From Alphaproteobacteria bacterium (GTDB lineage Bacteria; Pseudomonadota; Alphaproteobacteria; CACIAM-22H2), in contig JAEUKZ010000028.1 in NCBI GenBank assembly GCA_016793045.1, positions 484 through 64,483 on the forward strand: 64,000 nt of DNA, read 5' to 3'. Shown here piece by piece: positions 48,110 through 56,144 of the stretch; within the stretch, counting starts at the first letter, position 1, and each line of letters begins with the position of its first letter. The position numbers and the translations under genes were made by a program. A model generated the notes under the pieces. It was not told the origin of the DNA. It saw only the letters and a program-made list of their open reading frames with translations, and made no database searches.

Positions 48110-50449
48110 ATGGCTAAATTCGGCATGGGCCAGTCGGTCCGGCGCGTCGAGGATGCTCGCTTCATCACCGGCGCCGGCCGCTACAACGACGACATCAATC
48201 TGCCCGGCCAGTGCTACGCATTCTTCCTGCGCTCGCCGCACGCCCATGCGCGGATCAAGAGCATCGACGTCGGTGCCGCCAAGCGCGTGCCGGGCATCCT
48301 CGGCGTCTTCACCGGCGCCGATGTCAAGGCAGCCGGCCTCGGCGACATGCCGTGCGACGGCGTCGTGCCGAATCGCGACGGCTCCAAGATGCAGGTGCCG
48401 CCCAGGCCGATCGTCGCCGTCGATACGGTCCGCTTTGTCGGCGACACCGTCGCGATCGTGGTCGGCGAAACGCTGGCCGCCGCACGCGACGCGGCCGAGA
48501 CGATCGAGGTCGACTACGACCCCCTGCCCGCCGTCGTCGACACCAAAGGCGCGCTGGCGGGCGATGCGCCGCAGGTCTGGCCGTTCGCCAAGAAGAACCT
48601 CGCCGTCGACTGGGGCCTCGGCGACGAGGCGGCAACCGACGCAGCCTTCAAGAAGGCCGCGCGCATCATCAGCGTCGACTTGATCAACAACCGCGTCGTC
48701 CCCAATTCGATGGAGCCGCGCGGTGCGCTCGGCGATTTCGCCGCGGGCGAGAACAAGTTCACGCTCTACACTTCGAGCCAGGGCGGCCACACGATCCGCA
48801 AGACGATCGCGAAGGACATCTTCCACGTCCCGGAATCGTCGCTGCGCGTCGTGACCGGCGATGTCGGCGGCGGCTTCGGGATGAAGATCTTTCCCTACCC
48901 CGAGTACGCCGGCGTCTTGTTCGCCGCGCGCGCGCTCAAGCGCCCGGTCAAGTGGACGCCCGACCGCAGCGATGCGTTCCTCACCGACACGCACGGCCGC
49001 GACAACGTTACGCGCGGCGAACTCGCGATCGACAAGGACGGCAAGTTCCTGGCGCTTCGGGTCGAGATCGTCGCCAATCTCGGCGCCTATCTTTCCCACT
49101 ACGGACCGTTCATTCCGACCTTCGCCGGCGCCAAGATGCACAACGGGGTCTACGGGCTCAGCGCCATCTACATCCACGTGCTGGGGGTCTACACCCATAC
49201 TGCACCGGTCGACGCCTATCGCGGTGCCGGGCGCCCGGAAGCGAACTATCTCGTCGAGCGGCTCGTCGACGTCGCCGCGCGCGAAACCGGTCTCGGTCCG
49301 GTCGAGATCCGCAGGCGCAACTTCATCCCGCCATCAGCCATGCCCTACACGACCGCGGCCGGCGCGGTCTACGATAGCGGCGAATTCGCCCGCAATCTCG
49401 ACGACGCGCTGAAGGCGATCGACTGGCAGGGCTTTCCGCAGCGCCGCGCCGAATCCGAACGCGCCGGCAAGCTTCGCGGCATCGGCCTCGCCACCTACAT
49501 CGAGGCCTGCGGCGGGGCACCCGACGAGACCGCCGAGATCCACTTCATGCCGGCGGGCGAGGTTCATGTGCTGGTCGGCAACCAGTCGAACGGCCAGGGC
49601 CACGAGACGGCCTACATGCAGCTCATTCACGACCGGCTGGGCATCGACTTCGACAAGATCAAGGTGATCCAGGGCGACACCGACCAGATCCAGTACGGCC
49701 GCGGGACCGGCGGCAGCCGCGCCCTCTCGGTCGGCGGCGGGGCCATCGTCAATGCGTCGGAGCTGATCGTCACCAAGGGCAAGAAGATCGCCGGCCATCT
49801 GATGGAGACGTCGGAGGCCGACATCGAATTCGCCAACGGCCAATTCGTCGTCGCCGGCACCGATCGGGCGATGTCGATTTTCGACGTCGCCGCCGCCGCG
49901 CGCGACCCGAAGAAGCTCCCCGTCGGCATGGCGCCGGGCCTTGACGAGAAGGCCAACTACAACCCGGCCGACGCGACCTATCCCAACGGCTGCCACATCG
50001 TCGAGGTCGAGATCGACGCCGCGACCGGCGTGCCGCGGATCGTCAACTACGTGATCGTCGACGATTTCGGCAAGGTCATAAACCCGATGCTCGTCGCGGG
50101 CCAAGTTCACGGCGGCACGGTGCAAGGGATCGGACAAGCCCTTCTCGAAGGCTGCCAATACGACCCCGCGTCCGGCCAGCTCCTGACCGGCTCGTTCATG
50201 GACTATTGCATGCCGCGCGCCGACGACGTGCCGTCCTTCAACTTCGCCTACAACGAGGTGCCGTGCGCGCACAACGTGCTCGGCGTGAAGGGCGCGGGCG
50301 AGGCCGGCTCGATGGGCGCGCCGCCGGCGGTGATCAATGCCATCGTCGACGCGCTGCAGCCCTACGGCGTGCGCCACATCGACATGCCGGCGACGGCCGA
50401 GCGGATCTGGCGCCTGATCGAGCGCAAGACGCCGCGCGCAGCCGAATAG
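48110..50449 (+). CDS. Xanthine-dehydrogenase-family molybdopterin-binding large subunit, form II CoxL-like
   Basis: About 780 aa; AYRGAGR active-site loop variant (form II); no medium or small subunit genes adjacent. Confidence 0.8.
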   Translation: MAKFGMGQSVRRVEDARFITGAGRYNDDINLPGQCYAFFLRSPHAHARIKSIDVGAAKRVPGILGVFTGADVKAAGLGDMPCDGVVPNRDGSKMQVPPRPIVAVDTVRFVGDTVAIVVGETLAAARDAAETIEVDYDPLPAVVDTKGALAGDAPQVWPFAKKNLAVDWGLGDEAATDAAFKKAARIISVDLINNRVVPNSMEPRGALGDFAAGENKFTLYTSSQGGHTIRKTIAKDIFHVPESSLRVVTGDVGGGFGMKIFPYPEYAGVLFAARALKRPVKWTPDRSDAFLTDTHGRDNVTRGELAIDKDGKFLALRVEIVANLGAYLSHYGPFIPTFAGAKMHNGVYGLSAIYIHVLGVYTHTAPVDAYRGAGRPEANYLVERLVDVAARETGLGPVEIRRRNFIPPSAMPYTTAAGAVYDSGEFARNLDDALKAIDWQGFPQRRAESERAGKLRGIGLATYIEACGGAPDETAEIHFMPAGEVHVLVGNQSNGQGHETAYMQLIHDRLGIDFDKIKVIQGDTDQIQYGRGTGGSRALSVGGGAIVNASELIVTKGKKIAGHLMETSEADIEFANGQFVVAGTDRAMSIFDVAAAARDPKKLPVGMAPGLDEKANYNPADATYPNGCHIVEVEIDAATGVPRIVNYVIVDDFGKVINPMLVAGQVHGGTVQGIGQALLEGCQYDPASGQLLTGSFMDYCMPRADDVPSFNFAYNEVPCAHNVLGVKGAGEAGSMGAPPAVINAIVDALQPYGVRHIDMPATAERIWRLIERKTPRAAE

Positions 50450-50471
50450 CCGCGCGCGGGGCCGCAACCGA

Positions 50472-51263
50472 ATGGCTGCAATAACGCTGGCCCGCTCCGC
50501 GGTCGTCCAGGAACTCGCAGACATCGTGCGCAACGCGGCGGCACCCGCGCTCGCGTACTACCAGAACGAGTTTTCGGTCCGCACCAAGACCGACGCCACG
50601 CTGGTGACCGATGCCGACGAGGCGGTCGAGGCGGCGCTCATTCACGCGCTGCAGCGCTTCAGCCCGGACGTTCCGATCGTTTCGGAAGAGGCGGTGTCGC
50701 GCGGCGAATGCCGCTGGCGCGGCGGCGACGACATGCCGGACCGCTACTGGCTGGTCGATCCGATCGATGGCACGCGCGGCTTCATCAACCGCACCGGAGA
50801 GTTCACGGTCAACGTCGCGCTTGTCGACAATCGCCGTCCGGTCATCGGCATCGTCCACCAACCGATTTCCGGCGCCACCTGGACCGGGGCGGGACCGAAC
50901 ACCGCGCTCGAATGGCGCCCCAACAGCCGCGCGCGCCAGATCCGCGTGCGCCCGCCGTCGTCGCGCGGCCTCACGGTCGTGTCGAGCCGCGACCACGGCG
51001 ACCAGGACGCGCTCGCCGCCATGCTGTCCGACTACAAGGTCGCGAACCACAAGCGCATCGGCAGCGCCGTCAAGTTCTGCATGGTCGCGTGCGGCGAGGC
51101 CGACCTCTATCCACGCCTCGGCCGGACGATGGAATGGGACACGGCGGCTGGCCAGGCCGTGCTCGAAGCGGCGGGCGGCAAGGTGATGACGCTTGCCGGG
51201 CAGCCGTTGTTCTACGGCAAGCCCGCGTTCGAGAATCCCGACTTCATCGCCAAGGGCGCATAG
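50472..51263 (+). CDS. cysQ: 3'(2'),5'-bisphosphate nucleotidase CysQ (IMPase superfamily)
   Basis: WLVDPIDGT motif; 263 aa. Confidence 0.75.
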   Translation: MAAITLARSAVVQELADIVRNAAAPALAYYQNEFSVRTKTDATLVTDADEAVEAALIHALQRFSPDVPIVSEEAVSRGECRWRGGDDMPDRYWLVDPIDGTRGFINRTGEFTVNVALVDNRRPVIGIVHQPISGATWTGAGPNTALEWRPNSRARQIRVRPPSSRGLTVVSSRDHGDQDALAAMLSDYKVANHKRIGSAVKFCMVACGEADLYPRLGRTMEWDTAAGQAVLEAAGGKVMTLAGQPLFYGKPAFENPDFIAKGA

Positions 51264-51272
51264 GCTGCCAAT

Positions 51273-51911
51273 CTAACCGGCAAGCCGGGCAAGAATCTCG
51301 CGCGCCAGCGCCGCAATCTCTTCAGCCGCGGGGGAATCGGGGTCGGCTTCCGTGACGCCAAGGCCGAGCGCCATGCTCGCCGCAAAGGCGACGCGGTTGC
51401 CGAGGGCCGCCTGTGCAACCGCGACGCCGTATCCGGCGGCACCCTGCGCCATCTCGCTGGTCAGGCGCGCGCGCGCCGGCAGGCGGTTGAGCACCATCAG
51501 GACCGGGCGCCGTTCGAGCCGCGCGAGATCGAGCGTCGGCCGCGTCGCCCAGACGTCGATCGGCGAGGGCTGAAGCGGAACGACGACGATGTGTGCCGCC
51601 CGGATCGCGATCTTCGCCTCGGTTTCGAGATGCGGCGGCGAGTCGATGACGACGATGTCGTGATCGCGCGCGAGCCGCTCTGCCTCGACAGCAAGCCGCC
51701 AGCCCTGAAGCTGCGAGTGGGTGAAGCCGATCCGGTCGGCGCCAAGGCGGGCGCGGCGCAGCTCGACCCAGTGCGACAGGCTTGCCTGCGGATCGATGTC
51801 GGCGACCGCGACGCGCAGCGTCGGCGCCCAGGCCGCGACGAGATGCGCCGCCAGCGTGGTCTTGCCGGCGCCGCCCTTCTGCTGTGCGATCGTAACGATG
51901 CGTGCGGTCAT
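51273..51911 (-). CDS. Orphan ParA/MinD-family ATPase (212 aa)
   Basis: Deviant Walker A QKGGAGKTT; no parB-like partner nearby. Confidence 0.75.
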   Translation of the reverse strand: MTARIVTIAQQKGGAGKTTLAAHLVAAWAPTLRVAVADIDPQASLSHWVELRRARLGADRIGFTHSQLQGWRLAVEAERLARDHDIVVIDSPPHLETEAKIAIRAAHIVVVPLQPSPIDVWATRPTLDLARLERRPVLMVLNRLPARARLTSEMAQGAAGYGVAVAQAALGNRVAFAASMALGLGVTEADPDSPAAEEIAALAREILARLAG

Positions 51912-52003
51912 CGAGCCCCCGTCCCCATAGTGGCCCGGTGCGGCCCGTCCTCACAAGGCGCGCGCTTGCCTATCGCCGCCGTGTCGCCTATGCCCTACTG
52001 CCC

Positions 52004-52987
52004 ATGCCGCAGGACCGCCGCATTCTCAAGGCCACGCCGCACGCGCTTGCCCGCTCCGTCCGCCAGCTCCGGCGCGGCGGCCTGGTGGCGTTGCCGACGG
52101 AGACGGTCTATGGCCTCGGCGGCGATGCCACGCGACGCGCCGCGGTCGCGCGGATCTATGCAGCCAAGGGCCGCCCGGCCTTCAATCCGCTCATCGTCCA
52201 CGTCGCGGCGGTCGAGGCGGCGCGGGCAATCGCACGATTCGATGCCCGCGCACGGGTCCTTGCCGCACGTTTCTGGCCTGGCCCTCTGACCCTCGTCCTG
52301 GGACGCAGGCCGGGATCGCGCGTGCCGCGCGTCGTCGCGGCCGGCCGCGAAACCCTCGCGATCCGCGTGCCCGCCCATCCCGTCGCAAGGCGACTGCTGC
52401 AGGCGTTCGGGCGCCCGGTGGTGGCGCCGAGCGCAAATCGCTCAGGCAAGGTGAGCCCGACGACGGCGCGCCACGTCGCGATTGGCCTGGCAAAGTACGT
52501 CCCGCTGATCCTGGATGCCGGCCGCGCCGATGTCGGAGTGGAATCGACGGTCGTCGATCTCTCGGGCCGCGTGGCCGTCCTGCTGCGTCCCGGCGCGGTG
52601 ACCCGCGAGCAGCTCGAACAGGCGATCGGCCCGATCGCGTCGCTCGACGATGAAGCCGGCGACAGCGCCCGCGCGTCGCCGGGCCGGCTCGCCAGCCACT
52701 ATGCCCCGACGCTTCCGCTGCGGCTCGGCGCGGGCGCCCCGCGGGACGACGAGGCCTTTCTCGCGTTCGGTCCCGCGCCGCCCGGCGTTGGCGCCGATCG
52801 GATGATCAACCTGAGCGCAACGGGCGATCTGGTCGAAGCCGCAGCAAGGCTTTTCGACGCGCTGCGCGCGCTCGATCGGCGGCAATTCTCCGGCATCGCG
52901 GTCGCGCCGATCCCGGACCACGGAATCGGCGCTGCAATCAACGACCGGCTGCGCCGGGCGGCTGCGCCGCGGCCGGCGCGTCGATAG
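52004..52987 (+). CDS. L-threonylcarbamoyladenylate synthase (Sua5/YrdC type, with Sua5 C-domain)
   Basis: YrdC-domain motifs (PTETVYGLG, KGRPAFNPLIVH); internal ATG chosen. Confidence 0.8.
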   Translation: MPQDRRILKATPHALARSVRQLRRGGLVALPTETVYGLGGDATRRAAVARIYAAKGRPAFNPLIVHVAAVEAARAIARFDARARVLAARFWPGPLTLVLGRRPGSRVPRVVAAGRETLAIRVPAHPVARRLLQAFGRPVVAPSANRSGKVSPTTARHVAIGLAKYVPLILDAGRADVGVESTVVDLSGRVAVLLRPGAVTREQLEQAIGPIASLDDEAGDSARASPGRLASHYAPTLPLRLGAGAPRDDEAFLAFGPAPPGVGADRMINLSATGDLVEAAARLFDALRALDRRQFSGIAVAPIPDHGIGAAINDRLRRAAAPRPARR

Positions 52988-53951
52988 CAGCCACGAAGCT
53001 CTCGATCGCCCGTGCCACCGCCCGCGCCGTCGCCTCCTGGGTCAGCACGGTCTCGCCGGAAGCCCCTGCGATCACGGCGCGTCGTCCGCGCGACGAGAGC
53101 TGGGCCAAGTCCGCCTGCATCTCGTCCCAGGCCGCTGGCTCGATATTGGCGACCTGCTCCGAGTTGATCACCAGCAGCGGCAGATCGCGCAAGGTGTGCA
53201 CCACGCCCGCCTGAGCGAGCGAATCGTCGAGCACCGCCACCTCGTCGCCGGCGGCTTCGAGGTGTGACGGCAGCGCCGCAAAGGAACGGATGACCTGGCG
53301 CGCCGACGGCGGAAGATCGCCCGCCATGTTGGCGGCGAAGCTCCGTACCCGCATGAGTCCGAAATGCGCCAGGACTTCGGCGAGGCCGTAGCTCACCCGC
53401 AGGTCGGAGAATTGGCGGCGGACGCGGTCCGGCAAGCGCCGGAACTGGTCGGGATGCATCGAATCGATGGTAATGACGCCGACCACCGCGCCGCGGTACC
53501 GCGCGGCGTAGGTGCGAACGTAAGCGCCGCCGAGGCCATGCCCGACCATCACATAAGGCGACCGCTCGCCTGCCTGATCGAGGAGTCGATTGAGCAGTCG
53601 TATGGCGGTGATCGTATCGCGCACGCCGCTTCCGCTCTCGCTCCAACCCAGTCCGCTGCGGTCGTAGGCGCAGACGCGCCGCGTCGAGCGCAACGTATCG
53701 ACCACCCACGCCCAGTAGGCGGAGAATCCGCCGAGGCTCGCCTCCAGCACGATGGTCGGTCCGTCGCCGTCACCACGGCAGTCGATGTGGAGGCGGCGGT
53801 CGCCGACTTCGATCAGACGGCCCGGCGCGGGGAAGGCCTCGCGATCCGCCCAGGTTGCATAGAGCTGCACGCCGGCGCCGAATGCGGCCAACCCGATCAC
53901 TGCAACCAGTGCAACCCGTCCCCACCTGCGCAAGTTCACCCTTGCCCCCAT
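52938..53951 (-). CDS. Alpha/beta-hydrolase-fold protein with non-canonical nucleophile elbow (GHGLGG)
   Basis: C-terminal 337 aa of the 807-aa track ORF; the upstream portion judged antisense artefact. Confidence 0.6.
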   Translation of the reverse strand: MGARVNLRRWGRVALVAVIGLAAFGAGVQLYATWADREAFPAPGRLIEVGDRRLHIDCRGDGDGPTIVLEASLGGFSAYWAWVVDTLRSTRRVCAYDRSGLGWSESGSGVRDTITAIRLLNRLLDQAGERSPYVMVGHGLGGAYVRTYAARYRGAVVGVITIDSMHPDQFRRLPDRVRRQFSDLRVSYGLAEVLAHFGLMRVRSFAANMAGDLPPSARQVIRSFAALPSHLEAAGDEVAVLDDSLAQAGVVHTLRDLPLLVINSEQVANIEPAAWDEMQADLAQLSSRGRRAVIAGASGETVLTQEATARAVARAIESFVAAIDAPAAAQPPGAAGR

Positions 53952-54044
53952 CGCTCCCGGCCGAGGGCTCACTCTAGCGCGCCTTGGCGCCAGCGCAATG
54001 CGCGGAGCCTTGCCGGCCCAAGGGGGGTGCGGTACCTCTCTCGC

Positions 54045-55487
54045 ATGACTGTCGTCACACACACCAAGCGTGATGCCGCTGCCGCTCGTCTGAAGGCCGC
54101 ACTCGGCTCGAAGGGCTGGACCGATAGGGCGGACGACATGGAGCCGCATCTCGCCGACATGCGCGGCCACTACCGCGGCCGCGCGGCGATGGTCTGCTAT
54201 CCGCAGTCGACCGCAGAGGTCGCCACGGTGGTCGCGATCTGTGCCGATGCGGGCGTGCCGATCGTCCCGCAAGGTGGCAACACCGGACTGTGCGGTGGCG
54301 CGACTCCGTTTGACGAGGACGCGATCCTGCTCAACTTGCGACGGATGAACCGCATCCGAGCGATCGATCCCCTCAACGACGCGATTACCGTTGAGGCCGG
54401 CTGCATCCTCGCCGAGATTCAGCGCGCGGCCGACGATGCCGATCGGCTTTTCCCGCTCAGCCTGGGCTCCGAGGGCAGCTGCCAGATCGGCGGCAACCTT
54501 TCGACCAATGCCGGCGGCAATGCGGTGCTGCGCTATGGGATGGCGCGCGACCTCGTCCTGGGCCTCGAGGTCGTTCTCCCCGACGGGCGCGTGCTCGACG
54601 ACCTGAGCGCCCTGCGCAAGGACAATACGGGCTACAACCTGCGTCACCTGTTCATGGGGGCCGAGGGCACGCTCGGGATCATCACCGCCGCCACGCTCAA
54701 GCTGTTCTCCAAGCCGCGCTCGCTCGAAACCGCCTTCGTCGCCGTGCGCGATCCGCACGCAGCGATCCGGCTGCTGGCGCGCGCCAAAGCCGGCAGCGGC
54801 GACACCGTGGTGGCGTTCGAGCTGATCGGCCGCGCACCGCTCGACATGGTCCTGCGCCACATTCCCGGCGCACATGATCCGCTGCGCGGCCGCCACGACT
54901 GGTACGTGCTGATGGAGCTGGCCGGCGGCGACCTCGGCAGCGCGCTGCGCGACCGGCTCGAAGATGTGCTCGCCAGCGCCGCCGAAGACGGCGACGTCGC
55001 CGACGCCGCATTCGCCGACAGCGTCCAGCAGCGTCAGGCGATGTGGAAGCTGCGCGAGAGCATCACCGAAGCGCAGCGCAGCGAAGGCGGCAGCATCAAG
55101 CACGACGTCTCGGTGCCGGTCTCGGTCGTCGCAGACTTCATCGCCGAGGCAACGGCGGCGTGCGTGGCCGCCTTGCCCGGCCTGCGCGTGGTCCCCTTCG
55201 GGCACGCCGGCGACGGCAACATCCATTTCAACCTCAGCCAGCCGGCAGACCTGCCCAAACAGGGCCCGGAACGCGATGCCTTCATGGCGCGCTGGCAGGA
55301 GTTCAACGACATCGTGCACGGCATCGTCGCCCGCCATGGCGGAAGCATTTCGGCTGAGCATGGGATCGGCCTGCTCAAGCGCGACGAGCTCACGCGCTAC
55401 AAATCACCCGTCGCCCTCGAGGTGATGCGGACGCTCAAGCAGGCGCTCGATCCGCGCGGCATCATGAACCCCGGCAAGGTCATATGA
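54045..55487 (+). CDS. FAD-linked oxidase (GlcD / D-lactate / D-2-hydroxyacid dehydrogenase family)
   Basis: FAD-binding PCMH domain (PQGGNTGLCGGA) and C-terminal FAD-oxidase domain (HAGDGNIHFN, SAEHGIG). Confidence 0.8.
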   Translation: MTVVTHTKRDAAAARLKAALGSKGWTDRADDMEPHLADMRGHYRGRAAMVCYPQSTAEVATVVAICADAGVPIVPQGGNTGLCGGATPFDEDAILLNLRRMNRIRAIDPLNDAITVEAGCILAEIQRAADDADRLFPLSLGSEGSCQIGGNLSTNAGGNAVLRYGMARDLVLGLEVVLPDGRVLDDLSALRKDNTGYNLRHLFMGAEGTLGIITAATLKLFSKPRSLETAFVAVRDPHAAIRLLARAKAGSGDTVVAFELIGRAPLDMVLRHIPGAHDPLRGRHDWYVLMELAGGDLGSALRDRLEDVLASAAEDGDVADAAFADSVQQRQAMWKLRESITEAQRSEGGSIKHDVSVPVSVVADFIAEATAACVAALPGLRVVPFGHAGDGNIHFNLSQPADLPKQGPERDAFMARWQEFNDIVHGIVARHGGSISAEHGIGLLKRDELTRYKSPVALEVMRTLKQALDPRGIMNPGKVI

Positions 55488-56119
55488 TCAAACGCCCCCT
55501 TCTGGCGCTCGCCTTGTTACTGGTGCTGGCCCTGCCGGCACTGGCGCAGCAGGACCTCCGCCTCGCCGGCGATCTCTGTTTTCCCACACGGACCGGACAG
55601 ACGCTCCGCAATGTGGGCGCCATCGGCAATCCGCGCGACCCGCGCGCCGGAGACTGGCAGCGGACCCTCGGGGACCAGCTGCGCATCGGACCGAGAGGCC
55701 CGGAGGTCACGCTTGCTGGCTGGACCTGGCCCGGCAACGCCGTGGCCCTCGCCATCCTGATGCCGCAGCGCGCCGGCGTTCGCGTGCTCGGCGTGTGGGA
55801 GGATTGCTTTGGGCCGCTCGGATGCGAACTGGCGATCACCGATCAGCAGTCGGGGCCGCCTGCAATGATCGTCGTCGAAAGCCGCTGCAATTCGGCCGTC
55901 GATGATCCGCGCGCGCGGCGGCCGCGTATCGAGGTCCGTCGCCATATCGTGGCCATCGGCATCCGCGCCGACCGCGCCTGGCTCGCAGGGGAAGTCGAAC
56001 TCGACCATCATCCCGAGGCTCGTGTCCATCTCGACGATCGCGGTCGGACGCTGGTCATCACCCTTTCGGACGGCGAAACCCGCCTGCCGCTCGACCTGCC
56101 AGGCGGCCGACGCCGCTGA
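55484..56119 (+). CDS. Hypothetical secreted protein (211 aa, signal peptide, 4 Cys)
   Basis: Start ATG overlaps FAD-oxidase stop (ATGA), suggesting translational coupling. Confidence 0.5.
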   Translation: MIKRPLLALALLLVLALPALAQQDLRLAGDLCFPTRTGQTLRNVGAIGNPRDPRAGDWQRTLGDQLRIGPRGPEVTLAGWTWPGNAVALAILMPQRAGVRVLGVWEDCFGPLGCELAITDQQSGPPAMIVVESRCNSAVDDPRARRPRIEVRRHIVAIGIRADRAWLAGEVELDHHPEARVHLDDRGRTLVITLSDGETRLPLDLPGGRRR

Positions 56120-56144
56120 GCGGTCGGCAAACTCGGAGCATTCG

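Noticed and set aside
53952-55361. Upstream two-thirds of the 807-aa minus-strand ORF 52938-55361
   Set aside because: Only the C-terminal 337 aa look like a real protein (alpha/beta hydrolase); the rest is antisense to the FAD-linked oxidase gene.
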